From Myxococcota bacterium (GTDB taxonomy: Bacteria; Myxococcota; Myxococcia; Myxococcales; Myxococcaceae): a stretch of 20,958 nucleotides of DNA. The stretch covers positions 62,001-82,958 of the forward strand of contig JBMORE010000135.1 in assembly GCA_049322255.1 (NCBI GenBank). The letters are read 5' to 3'. Both the position numbers and the translations under genes were made by a program. The notes below the pieces were generated by a model, which saw nothing but the letters and a program-made list of their open reading frames with translations, ran no database searches and was not told the origin of the DNA. Positions 7,186 through 17,206 of the stretch are shown here, piece after piece (position 1 is the first letter of the stretch; each line of letters opens with the position of its first letter).

Positions 7186-8077
7186 GGATGTTCTGTCGGA
7201 GAGCTTTCGCGCCCTGGGCGACCCCACGCGGCTGCGCATCTTGCGCCTCTTGGGAGAAGCGCCGCTCAACGTCTCCGAGCTGGTGTCGCTGGTGGGAGTG
7301 GCGCAGTCCTCCGTCTCGCACCACCTGGGCAAGCTCAAGTCGCTCGATCTCGTCCGCGAGGAGCGCCAGGCGGGCTACACCTTCTATTCGCTCGCGGTGG
7401 ACGACGACGATGCGCGCTGGCCGCTCATCGAGCTGGCCCGTGGCTCCTCCGACGAGAGCGGAGATTTGGCCCGCCTCAAGGACCTCTTGCGCCAACGCGA
7501 AGACCGGCAGGCGCTCAACGAGAAGCTGCTCGAGCCTGGGCAGTCGTGGTTCCTCTGGGCGAGCTCGCTCTCCTCCCTCTTGCCGCCGTTGGAAGTCGCC
7601 GACTTCGGCTGCGGCACCGGGGTGCTCTCGGTGGCGATGGCGCGCTGGGCCAAGCGGGTGGTGGCGATCGACCGAAGCACCGACGCGCTGGCCAAAGCCA
7701 AGGAACGCGCCGCCCGCGAGCGGCTGAAGAACGTGCGTTTCCTCCGCAAGGACTTGCACGCGCTCTCCCTTCCCGACGCCTCGGTGGATTTGGTGGTGCT
7801 CTCGCAAAGCCTGCACCACGTGGAGGACCCTCCCGCCGTGCTGCGAGAGGCGGCGCGCATCTTGCGCCGCGGTGGCCGGGTGATGGTGCTCGAGCTGATG
7901 CCGCACGGAGAGAAATGGGTGAAGGAGCGCCTCGGTCATCTGCACCTGGGCTTTTCTCCTGTTCGCCTCGAGGGAGAGTTGGCCCGCGCCGGCTTCACTG
8001 CCGTCACCCGCGAAAGTCACGCCAAGAACGGGGGCACCGAGTTTCGAGTGTTCCTCCTCACTGGAGCCAAGCGATGA
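7184..8077 (+). CDS. sahR: ArsR-HTH plus SAM-methyltransferase-domain transcriptional regulator (SahR/SamR-like)
   Basis: N-terminal FRALGDPTRLRIL...LNVSELV...VAQSSVSHHL..L; C-terminal VADFGCGTG, VVAID, and DLVVLSQSLHHVEDP..VLREAARILRRGG. It sits directly upstream of metH. Confidence 0.85.
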   Translation: MDVLSESFRALGDPTRLRILRLLGEAPLNVSELVSLVGVAQSSVSHHLGKLKSLDLVREERQAGYTFYSLAVDDDDARWPLIELARGSSDESGDLARLKDLLRQREDRQALNEKLLEPGQSWFLWASSLSSLLPPLEVADFGCGTGVLSVAMARWAKRVVAIDRSTDALAKAKERAARERLKNVRFLRKDLHALSLPDASVDLVVLSQSLHHVEDPPAVLREAARILRRGGRVMVLELMPHGEKWVKERLGHLHLGFSPVRLEGELARAGFTAVTRESHAKNGGTEFRVFLLTGAKR

Positions 8078-11000
8078 ACAGGCCTGCACCGACGATGTCT
8101 CCCGCCGAGCGCGCGGCACGGAAGGAGCGGGTGACGGTCTTGCGCGCGGCGATGAGAGAGCGCGTGCTGGTGCTCGATGGCGCGATGGGCACCATGCTCC
8201 AGATGAAAAATTTGAAAGCCGCCGACTTCGGCGGGCCGCAGTACGAAGGGTGCAACGAACACCTGGTGCTCACCCGGCCCGACGTCATCGAGCAAATTCA
8301 CTCCGCCTATTTTGCCGCGGGCGCCGACGTCGCCGAGACCGACACCTTCGGCAGCACGCCGCTGGTGCTCGCCGAGTTCGGGCTCGCCGAGAAGGCGCAC
8401 GAGGTGAACCTGCGCGCGGCTCAGCTCGCCCGGCAGGTGGCCGACCGCTGTTCCACCGCCGAGCGGCCGCGCTGGGTGGCCGGGTCGATCGGCCCCACCA
8501 CCAAGGCCATCACCGTCACCGGAGGGGTCACCTTCGACGAGCTCATCGAGCATTTCGAGGCGCAGGCCTTGGCGCTCCTCGAGGGCGGGGTGGACTACTT
8601 GCTGGTGGAGACCTGCCAGGACACCCGCAACGTGAAGGCGGCGATCTTCGGCATCCAGCGGGCGTTCACGCGCGCGAAAGACGAGGTGCCCATCGCGGTG
8701 TCCGGCACCATCGAGCCGATGGGCACCATGCTCGCCGGCCAGTCGGTGGAGGCGCTCGCCACCGCCCTCGAGCACCTGGACCTGCTCTACCTCGGCCTCA
8801 ACTGCGCCACCGGCCCGGAGTTCATGACCGACCATGTGCGCTCCCTCGCCGCGCTCTGCGCCTGCCCGGTGGGCTGCGTCCCCAACGCTGGGCTACCCGA
8901 CGAGAACGGCCACTATCTGGAGACGCCGGAGATGGTCGCCCGCGCGTTGCGGCGCTTCGGCGAGAGCGGCTGGCTCAACGTGGTCGGTGGCTGCTGCGGC
9001 ACGACCCCCGCGCACATCGAAGCGATCGCCGCTGCGGTGAAGGGGCTTCGTCCTCGCGTGGCCAGCCCGCGCCGCCGCTCGACGCTCTCCGGGGTCGACT
9101 ATCTCGACGTCGACGACGCCCGCCCAGTCATCGTCGGCGAGCGCACCAACGTCATCGGCTCGAAGAAGTTCAAAGAGCTGATCGTCACCGAGAAATACGA
9201 AGACGCCTCGGAGATCGCCCGGGCCCAGGTCAAACGCGGTGCCCAGGTCATCGACATCTGCCTGGCCAACCCCGACCGCGACGAGCTTTCCGACATGCAG
9301 CGCTTTCTCGAGGTGGCGATCAAGAAAGTCCGCGTGCCGTTGATGATCGACTCCACCGACGAGAGGGTGGTGGAGCTCGCGCTCGGCTACTCGCAGGGGA
9401 AAGCCATCATCAACTCGGTCAACCTCGAGGACGGCGAAGAACGCTTCGAGAAGGTCGTTCCCCTGGCGCGCAAGTTCGGCGCTGCGCTGGTGGTGGGCTG
9501 CATCGACGAGACGGGCATGGCGGTGCCCCGCGCGCGCAAGCTGGAGGTGGCGGAGCGCTCCCATGAGCTGCTCACCCAGAAATACGGCATGCGCCCCGAG
9601 GACCTCTACTTCGATCCGCTGGTGTTCCCCTGCGCCTCGGGCGATGCGCAGTACGTGGGCAGCGCGGTGGAGACCATCGAGGGGGTGCGGCTCATCAAGG
9701 AGCGCTTCCCCCAGTGCAAGACGGTCTTAGGCATCTCCAACGTGTCCTTCGGTCTTCCCACCGCCGGCCGCGAAGTCTTGAATTCGGTCTTCCTCTACCA
9801 CTGCACCCAGGCCGGGCTGGACATGGCGTTGGTCAACTCGGAGAAGCTCGAGCGCTACCCGCAGATCCCCGAAGCCGAGCGCAGGCTGTGTGAAGATTTG
9901 CTCTACCACCGCGGCGGCGACCCAGTGACGCCCTTCGCCGCGCACTTTCGCGAGCGAAAAGCCCCCAAGGCCGCCGCTTCGACGTTCCCCCTCGACGAGC
10001 GGCTGGCGCGCTACATCGTCGAGGGCACCCGCGACGGCCTGGTGGAAGATTTGGAGAAGAAGCTCGCCGAGGGCGTGCGCCCCTTGGACATCATCAACGG
10101 TCCCCTGATGAAGGGGATGGACGAGGTGGGCCGGCTGTTCGCCGCCAACGAGCTCATCGTCGCCGAGGTGTTGCAGAGCGCCGAGGCGATGAAGGCCGCG
10201 GTGAGCTACCTCGAGCCGAAGATGGACAAATCGAGCTCCGCCAGCCGCGGCAAGGTGGTGCTCGCCACGGTGAAGGGCGACGTCCACGACATCGGCAAGA
10301 ACCTGGTGGAAATCATCCTCGCCAACAACGGCTTTCAGGTGGTGAACCTGGGCATCAAGGTGCCTCCGGAGCAGCTCGTCGCCGCCGTGCGCGAGCACCG
10401 CCCCGACATCCTCGGGCTCTCGGGCCTGCTGGTGAAGAGCGCACACCAGATGGTGGCCACCGCTGAGGACCTCTCGCGCGCGGGTGTCTCGGTGCCGGTG
10501 CTCGTCGGTGGCGCGGCGCTCTCGCGCAACTTCGTCGACAAGCAAATCGCTCCTGCCTACGGGGGCACCGTCGCCTATGCGCAAGATGCGATGAGCGGGC
10601 TGGAGCTGGCCAAGCGGATCGTCGACCCCGAGGCGCACCAGAAGCTGCGCGCCGACCTCGCCGCGCGCCGCGAGAAGCTCGCCAGCGAGGAGAAGGCCCG
10701 CCCCAAGCCGGTGGCCGTCCGCGCCGTGCGCTCCAAGGACGTGCCGCTCTTGGAGGAGCTCCCGCCCGCCCCCGACTTCGAGCGCCACGTCATCACCAAC
10801 ACCCCGCTCGACCACCTCTGGAAGTTCATCAACCCGGTGATGCTCTACGGACGCCACTTTGGCGTGAAGGGCTCGGCCGCGCGCGCGCTGGGCACTCCGG
10901 AGGAGGCGAAGCTTTCCGGCAACGAGGAGGGGAAGAAGGCGCTCGAGCTCAAAGAGCGCATCGACGGGCTCAAGCACTTTTTGCGTGATGGGCAGATGAC

Positions 11001-11583
11001 GGCCAAGGCGGTGTTCCGCTTCTTCCTCGCCGGGAGCGAGGGCAATGCCATTCACGTGTTCGACGGCCACACCCGCAAGCCGGTGGTGACCTTCGACTTC
11101 CCCCGGCAGCCGACCGAGTCGCGGGTATGTCTGGCCGACTTCGTGGCTCCGCTTGGCGCCGACGGCCCGCGCGACAACCTGTGCATGTTCGTCGTCACCG
11201 CAGGGGAGGGCGTGCGCGCGCTCGCCGACCAGTACAAGGCGCAGGGAGACTTCCTCAAGATGCACGCGGTGCAGGCGCTGGCGCTGGAGACGGCCGAGGG
11301 CTACGCGGAGCTGCTCCACGCCAAGCTACGCAGCATGTGGGGTTTCCCCGATCGGCCGGAGCTGACGATGCTCGAGCGCTTCCGCGCAGAGTATCGCGGC
11401 AAGCGCTACTCCTTCGGCTACCCGGCCTGCCCGCACCTGGAGGACCAGGAGAAGCTCTTCAGCGCGCTTGCGCCGCAGGACATCGGCGTCCAGCTCACCG
11501 ACGGCTGCATGATGGAGCCAGAGGCCTCGGTCTCGGCGCTCGTCCTCCACCACCCGGCGGCGTACTACTTCTCGGTCTCTTGA
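8074..11583 (+). CDS. metH: Cobalamin-dependent methionine synthase
   Basis: [18 protein letters not shown] and GGCCGTTP (Hcy/Zn); VGERTN and LMIDST (folate); GDVHDIGKN...SGLL (B12); [10 protein letters not shown] (activation domain). ATGA overlap with the regulator; alternative start at 8095. Confidence 0.97.
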   Translation: MNRPAPTMSPAERAARKERVTVLRAAMRERVLVLDGAMGTMLQMKNLKAADFGGPQYEGCNEHLVLTRPDVIEQIHSAYFAAGADVAETDTFGSTPLVLAEFGLAEKAHEVNLRAAQLARQVADRCSTAERPRWVAGSIGPTTKAITVTGGVTFDELIEHFEAQALALLEGGVDYLLVETCQDTRNVKAAIFGIQRAFTRAKDEVPIAVSGTIEPMGTMLAGQSVEALATALEHLDLLYLGLNCATGPEFMTDHVRSLAALCACPVGCVPNAGLPDENGHYLETPEMVARALRRFGESGWLNVVGGCCGTTPAHIEAIAAAVKGLRPRVASPRRRSTLSGVDYLDVDDARPVIVGERTNVIGSKKFKELIVTEKYEDASEIARAQVKRGAQVIDICLANPDRDELSDMQRFLEVAIKKVRVPLMIDSTDERVVELALGYSQGKAIINSVNLEDGEERFEKVVPLARKFGAALVVGCIDETGMAVPRARKLEVAERSHELLTQKYGMRPEDLYFDPLVFPCASGDAQYVGSAVETIEGVRLIKERFPQCKTVLGISNVSFGLPTAGREVLNSVFLYHCTQAGLDMALVNSEKLERYPQIPEAERRLCEDLLYHRGGDPVTPFAAHFRERKAPKAAASTFPLDERLARYIVEGTRDGLVEDLEKKLAEGVRPLDIINGPLMKGMDEVGRLFAANELIVAEVLQSAEAMKAAVSYLEPKMDKSSSASRGKVVLATVKGDVHDIGKNLVEIILANNGFQVVNLGIKVPPEQLVAAVREHRPDILGLSGLLVKSAHQMVATAEDLSRAGVSVPVLVGGAALSRNFVDKQIAPAYGGTVAYAQDAMSGLELAKRIVDPEAHQKLRADLAARREKLASEEKARPKPVAVRAVRSKDVPLLEELPPAPDFERHVITNTPLDHLWKFINPVMLYGRHFGVKGSAARALGTPEEAKLSGNEEGKKALELKERIDGLKHFLRDGQMTAKAVFRFFLAGSEGNAIHVFDGHTRKPVVTFDFPRQPTESRVCLADFVAPLGADGPRDNLCMFVVTAGEGVRALADQYKAQGDFLKMHAVQALALETAEGYAELLHAKLRSMWGFPDRPELTMLERFRAEYRGKRYSFGYPACPHLEDQEKLFSALAPQDIGVQLTDGCMMEPEASVSALVLHHPAAYYFSVS

Positions 11584-11670
11584 GACCTCTAAACCTGGAA
11601 TCGAGGCGATTTGATTTTTCATTGGCAACCGCGTGATCATTGCCTTGTCTCGTAGTGCTGGAGGTGAGAC

Positions 11671-12699
11671 ATGTTGTTGTCCAGCAACTCGGGTCGCGGC
11701 GCAGTGCTCGCAGTGTCTTTGGCAGTGAGTGGATGCCAATGCGGACCAGTCCCTTGCAAGACGGAGCCGCGAGGCACCGGGCTCGAAGAGGAAGTGTGCA
11801 TCCCGGGTGGCTCCTTTCGCATGGGCCACGCCAAGCTTCCCAAGCCCGAGATACCAGACCCTCCGCCTCCCTATGTGTCGATGCCACGGAACGACTGGGC
11901 TCCAGAGCACACGGTGACGCTCAGCCCCTTCTTCATCGACAAATACGAGGTAACGTGGGGACGCTACCGCCAGTGCGTCCAGGCCGGTCGGTGCGGGACC
12001 AGCGGGCCCAACCGGGGCCTAGGAACAAGGGAGGCGTTCAACGACCCCGCCTACGACAACTACCCTGCGACAGGACTGATGTGGTCCGAGGCGGCTGATT
12101 TTTGCACCTGGGTGGGCAAGCGCCTGCCGACCGAAGCCGAGTGGGAGCGGACAGCGCGAGGACCCAAAGGGTTTGACTACCCCTGGGGAAATGAGGCTCC
12201 CCCGTTGGAACTTTGGGACTCGGAGATCGGCTACCGGTTAGGTAGCGGTTTGGATGCCGGCATCGCGACGGCTCCTCCCCCGGTCGGCACGCACATCCAA
12301 GACATGTCCGCCGAGGGAGTCCGCGACCTCTTCGCGAGCGTGAGGGAGTGGGTGGCCGACTACTACGACCCTTTCTACTACCAGAAGAGCCCAGAACGGG
12401 ACCCGCAAGGTCCCTCGGAACCGGTCTTCATCTCAGTGCCCCATGAGTACGACCCGGTAAACAAGATATCGGCCGCGGGAGGGCGGGTGACCCGCGGCAA
12501 CAACTGGGGTGCCCAAGGGGGGAGAGATTGGAACCAGGCGGAGCCAGCATGGTTCAGAGACAACTCTGGTCCGAATGCCAACGCGGCAGGCTTTCGCTGC
12601 GTCCGTGACGATCGGCGCATGGTCGAGGCTCCGCTGAATGGCGCCTGGCTGTACCGAAACGTCCGCTGGGAGTGGGACTCCCCAGGAGGACGGCGATGA
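11671..12699 (+). CDS. FGE-sulfatase (SUMF1-like) domain protein, probable lipoprotein
   Basis: IPGGSFRMG, PEHTVTLSPFFIDKYEVT, FCTWVGKRLPTEAEWE, YPWGNE, VREWVADYY, and GFRCVR; lipobox-like LAVSGC at the N-terminus; GGAGGTG RBS. Confidence 0.9.
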   Translation: MLLSSNSGRGAVLAVSLAVSGCQCGPVPCKTEPRGTGLEEEVCIPGGSFRMGHAKLPKPEIPDPPPPYVSMPRNDWAPEHTVTLSPFFIDKYEVTWGRYRQCVQAGRCGTSGPNRGLGTREAFNDPAYDNYPATGLMWSEAADFCTWVGKRLPTEAEWERTARGPKGFDYPWGNEAPPLELWDSEIGYRLGSGLDAGIATAPPPVGTHIQDMSAEGVRDLFASVREWVADYYDPFYYQKSPERDPQGPSEPVFISVPHEYDPVNKISAAGGRVTRGNNWGAQGGRDWNQAEPAWFRDNSGPNANAAGFRCVRDDRRMVEAPLNGAWLYRNVRWEWDSPGGRR

Positions 12700-15600
12700 A
12701 TGCGTGCGCCAAATGCTTGCTCGTCCTGTTCGCCTTCGCGGTGGTTGGCTGCCCCAGCTCGTCACCCGGCTCATTCACTGGCAGAGGAGAATGCAACATC
12801 AAGACGTATACCTTCGACCGCGACGCGGGTGAGCCGCTTCCACCGCCCGACTCCTTCGGTGGAACCGACGCCGTTCTTTGCGGAGGCAGCGTAGAGGGAC
12901 GCAAGGCTCTGCCGCTCATCGACGTAAGCAGCCCCTGCGTGTGCGACTTTCCAGACACGGTGGACGGACGGCTCGTCGATGCCGCTGCCCAGAGAGCGGA
13001 GTTGAATCTACGTGGAGAGATCGTCAAGGGCTGCAAGTTGGATGTCAGCACCGAGGCCTTTCACTATACCGATGCGGTCGGCTGCCATCAGTTCGCATAC
13101 GTGCACGGGTTCCTCCAAAGGTCGGTTACCGGCATCGGCGGCAACGGTCATGATGGCGATGAAGACCCGCACATCTGTCCCATCGAACAAGGAGTCCACA
13201 ATGGACGACCTGACTTCCCGTTCGCCGACCGCAGTCTCGACCTCCGTTCTCGCTTCTATTTCGACACCCGAGACCCGAATTACAGCTTCCTCAAGACGGA
13301 GTGGCAGTGGTGCCGGTGGTTCGGTGGTCCCGTCACGGTGCCGGCAGATCCCAATCACGTGCCGCCCTTGCCCGAGGTTCACCACGCGGAATTTCGTCCC
13401 CAAGCAGGGGAGTTGGTGTCCCTGCTCGGGGACTGGATTCTCGAAAGCTCCTGGACGGAGATTCATGAAGTCCACGCTGGCGCGACGGTCAGGCCGGTTC
13501 CCGGTGTCCCAGACGTATGGCATGTTCTGGCCAGCGCAAAGCTGACCAAGGACACTGCTGTCGAAGATGCGCTTTCGTTTCCGGTGCGCATTCCCCGCTC
13601 GAGCCAGTCCCTCAATACGAAGCTCGAGTGCACGCCCCTTAAGCCTGATGGTTGCTTGAACCCCGCACTCCTGGACCCAGAGGTTGAGGCGGTCCCCGAC
13701 CTCGGCATATGCAAAATCACCATCAGGAAGAAGAACGAAAACAACGACGACGGTCTCACGGACCGGGACTGCGGGGTCTCGATGCGGAACGACGACAATG
13801 GTCCTGACCTAAAGTGTCCGTGCTACGGAGCCGCCGGCACTCCGGAACGAGCCGAGGACGCGGACATGCTCTGCAGTGCCCGCGGGTTCACCGACTTCAC
13901 TGCCTTCAATCGGTGCACCTTCAGCGGCCTCGAGAAAGCGCCGCACACCGACTCCGCCACGGATGTCGGTGTCAAGTCGCAAATCGCCTATGCCGGCGTC
14001 ATCCAGGCCGAGTGGAAGGACCCGCTCGACCTGTGGATGTGCAACTGCGCCTGCGACGACCCGTCGGCACCAGGAGCGTCCATCGTCGCACGCGTTCAGG
14101 GATGCGCCCAACCGGGGTACCGCCGCGACGTCGATTTAGACATCCGCGCCGCCTGCAACGAGGTGTGCGGTGGAACCATCTGCGGGTCCGACCCCGAGTG
14201 CCGGATTGGTGCTTGCCGGCCCCTTGCCCAGGGGAGGCTCGACAGTTGGCTGGTGGCGCGGAACGTCTGTGTGCCTCCGCCGCCTGACGTTCGCGTCAGC
14301 CACACTGGCGACTACCGCGTCGACCTCGACCCGCTCGCTTCCACCGTGGAACTGGGGACGCTGGATCCGAGCACTTTGGATTTCTCCTCTCTCGGGTCGA
14401 CCCTCGCCGTGGGCCGTCTGTGGATGAACGACAACAAGAGCACCTCCGACCGCCGTCTCGAGCTCGCCAGCCTCAACGTGACGTTGAAGGACTTCGCTCT
14501 GCCCGTGCGGTTGCTTGGTTTCGAAGTCGACTCCGTTCCGGTCGAGGATGCCAGCGGCACGTCCGACCTCCGTGCCTCTGCTTTCCTGGGACCACGGGAC
14601 CTCGATGACGGGTCAACTCTACAGGCCGGCCAGTTCTTGCTGCCCCCTGGCCAGCTTCGCGTGCACGCCGTGGCGCGAGTGGATGGGGAAGGAGGAAAGG
14701 CCACGTCGTTGAATGAGGGGCCGCTCACCGGCACCTTCGACCTCGGCGCTCGGCAGTTCTCGCTCGATGGCATTGGGCAGCTTCCAGAGGGCCGCGCGCT
14801 CCGCATGCACCTGCAGGGTGCCATCGCCAACCTGCCACCTTTGGCAAACCNNNNNNNNNNNNNNNNNNNNNNNNNNNNNNNNNNNNNNNNNNNNNNNNNN
14901 NNNNNNNNNNNNNNNNNNNNNNNNNNNNNNNNNNNNNNNNNNNNNNNNNNCTCACCGGCACCTTCGACCTCGGCGCTCGGCAGTTCTCGCTCGATGGCAT
15001 TGGGCAGCTTCCAGAGGGCCGCGCGCTCCGCATGCACCTGCAGGGTGCCATCGCCAACCTGCCACCTTTGGCAAACCCTGGTCCTGACCGCTTCGAGGAA
15101 TGCACCTCGCCCGGTGGCACTCCCGTCACCCTCGACGCCACTGCTTCTTCGGACCCGGACGGGAACGCCATCGCCCACTTCCAGTGGTTCTCTGGAGACC
15201 AAGGGCTCGGCAACACGCCAATCGTTCAGGCGGTCGCCAAGCTGGGAGCGAACGCCTTCGACCTGCACGTCTACGACCAGGACCTGGCGAGCGGAGCGCA
15301 ACGATTGAGTCTCACGGTTCGGGACACGGTGGCACCTTCGCTGGAAGTTTCGGTTCAGCCCGTTTGTCTGTGGCCGCCCAACCACGCGTTCGCCCTCTTC
15401 AAGCTGGGGCGCGAGCTGGCCTACACGACCGCGGACGTATGTGACTCCGCTCCCACGGTACGCATCATTTCCGTCACCAGCGACGAGCCAACGCTCGCGG
15501 AGGGCTCTGGCTCGACGGAGGTCGACGTTCGCTTCGGTGCCACCACGGCGTGTGTCCGGTCTGAACGAACCGGTCCAGGAGAGGGCCGGTCTTACACCGT

Positions 15601-15739
15601 GCTGTTCGAGGCGCAGGATGCTGCTGGAAACTCGACCCGGAAGTCCGTGAAGGTTTTCGTCCCGCATGACAAGAGTACTCACCCAGACTGCGCTCGCGCG
15701 GAGGGGGTGGCCTTCCTAGGTCCCGAGTGCGAGCAGTAA
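12696..15739 (+). CDS. Large Cys-rich lipoprotein with C-terminal PKD/Ig-like and LWPPNH-type domains; interrupted by a scaffold gap (joined product 938 aa)
   Basis: ATG 12696 with AGGAGG RBS and ATGA overlap; signal peptide LLVLFAFAVVGC. Joining 12696-14850 to 15078-15739 gives 2817 nt in one frame. The C-terminus has NLPPLANPGPD...VTLDATASSDPDG, DTVAP, LWPPNH and RSERTGPGEGRSYTV...DAAGN. Confidence 0.8.
14724..15077. repeat. Exact 127-bp direct duplication (14724-14850 and 14951-15077) flanking a 100-N scaffold gap; probable assembly artefact
   Basis: Both copies read CTCACCGGCACC...TTGGCAAACC and directly abut the N-run at 14851-14950. Confidence 0.9.
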
Positions 15740-15819
15740 ACGGCTGGCCCTGTGTAGCGGCGTCATCATCAGCGCTTATCGCCTGGGCCAAGATGAAGAC
15801 CGCGCGGTAAGTTGACCCA

Positions 15820-16899
15820 ATGTCCACGCCCACCGCTCGCCGCGCCTTGCAGCTGCTTCCCCCCAGCGCGACCACCGGCATCGGCAGCCTGCCGCACACC
15901 CAGCAAGAGCTGGCGCTCCAGATGGCTCTGCAGGTCGATGTGCCTTACCTGCCCCAGCTGCCGGTAGGGCACCCCTCGGAGCTGATGATTGCCGCCGCCC
16001 TCGATGGGCTTTTCGGGCTCTCATTCGACTCCGAAGGCGTGTGCACTGTCGATGTTGCCCAGTGGAGCGAGCGCCGCGAGGAGCTCGGCCTCTCCATCGA
16101 AGCGGCGCTGCAACGCGACGAGCTGTCGGCGTTCGAGCCTTCGGTGCAAGCCTGCCGCTCATGGAAGCCGTTCTTGTGGGAAGTCGAAAACCGCAAGCTC
16201 GCCTTCGCCAAGGTGCAGCTGGCGGGGCCGTGCACCGTGCGTTGGGTCGCCAAGGCGTCTGACGGGCGGCCCGCCTCGGAGCACCCGCAGCTCGACCAGC
16301 AGATTTTCCGCCTCTTGCTCGCCAAGTCGCTCGCCCTGGTGAAGGCGGTGCGGCGCGCGGGGAGCACGCCGATTCTCTTCCTCGACGAGCCCGGCCTCTA
16401 CGCGCTCGATCGTCGCGACCCACGTCACCTCGTCAGTCTCCAAGAGTTGCGCATGCTCGCGGTGGCGGCGCAGCGGGAGGGCGCGCTGGTGGGTGTCCAT
16501 TGCTGCAGCAACACCGACTGGGCCGCGCTGCTCGAGCTCGGGCTCGATCTGCTCTCAATCGATGTGCGCCTCTCGCTCGACGCGGTACTCGATGAGCGGG
16601 CGGCGTTCTTGCGCTTCCTCGACGGCGGCGCGCTCCTCTCCTTGGGCATCGTCCCCACCGACTTGGCGTCGAGTTATGAGCTGTCCGAGCTGGTCGACTC
16701 GGTGGAGGCCGCTTTGCGCGCCACCATCCCAGCGCGCATGGGCGTCGAGCAGGTGATGTCCCGGCTACCACTCACCCCAGCGTGCGGCCTCGCCATGCGC
16801 TCGGTGCTCGATGCCGAGCACATCTTCGAGAAGCTGCGCGAAGCCCAACGAGAGCTGCGCAGCCGCTCCCGCTCCGAGGCCGAGGCGCGCTCTTTCTAG
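15820..16899 (+). CDS. Stand-alone core (MetE C-terminal-like / MesB-like) methionine synthase-family protein
   Basis: TTGIGSLPH, PYLPQLP, KVQLAGPCT, LFLDEPGL, GVHCC (His-x-Cys Zn motif), LLSID, LGIVPT and TPACGLA; 359 aa, single barrel. Confidence 0.8.
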   Translation: MSTPTARRALQLLPPSATTGIGSLPHTQQELALQMALQVDVPYLPQLPVGHPSELMIAAALDGLFGLSFDSEGVCTVDVAQWSERREELGLSIEAALQRDELSAFEPSVQACRSWKPFLWEVENRKLAFAKVQLAGPCTVRWVAKASDGRPASEHPQLDQQIFRLLLAKSLALVKAVRRAGSTPILFLDEPGLYALDRRDPRHLVSLQELRMLAVAAQREGALVGVHCCSNTDWAALLELGLDLLSIDVRLSLDAVLDERAAFLRFLDGGALLSLGIVPTDLASSYELSELVDSVEAALRATIPARMGVEQVMSRLPLTPACGLAMRSVLDAEHIFEKLREAQRELRSRSRSEAEARSF

Positions 16900-17099
16900 T
16901 GCTTGCCCAGCCGAAGCTCGCGCTCGGCTTGGTACCAGTCCTCTTCCGGGCTGCCAGGGGCACCGCCCCGCGCCTGCCAAAGCTCGTACGCGCGCTTGGA
17001 GATTTGCTCGAACGTCGGACCAAAGGGGCCGGTGGTTTCGCGCGGCTTGGGAGCGAGGGTTTTCTCCGCCGTCGGTCTACTCGTGGAAGTCCGTGCCAT
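16896..17099 (-). CDS. DUF2934-domain small protein
   Basis: EQISKRAYELWQARGGAPGSPEEDWYQAEREL is the DUF2934 signature; GGGAG RBS; its stop overlaps the convergent gene stop (CTAG). Confidence 0.9.
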   Translation of the reverse strand: MARTSTSRPTAEKTLAPKPRETTGPFGPTFEQISKRAYELWQARGGAPGSPEEDWYQAERELRLGKH

Positions 17100-17206
17100 A
17101 CGCGTCTCCCGAAAGGTGAGGTGGTGAGCCTCCGCCTTTTCTCCGCGCGCCGCCAGCCGGCAGGAGGCAGCACGTCGAGACGAAGACAGCTCTTGGGCCT
17201 GCGCGT

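Noticed and set aside
7117..8073. N-terminal extension of MetH (1488-aa ORF) or a regulator-MetH fusion
   Set aside because: The extension is an off-frame read of the ArsR gene. The regulator has its own stop overlapping the metH ATG at 8074.
12480..12610. Diversity-generating retroelement target (Asn-codon-rich C-terminus of the FGE/CLec-fold protein)
   Set aside because: No reverse transcriptase and no template-repeat copy were seen in the window. A remote DGR cannot be excluded but is unsupported.
14724..15077. Biological tandem duplication or true frameshift
   Set aside because: The copies are identical, abut a 100-N gap and collapse to a single frame; an artefact is more parsimonious.
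11584..15819. Defined mobile element (IS, prophage, integrative element)
   Set aside because: No transposase or integrase, terminal inverted repeats or target-site duplications were detected by eye.
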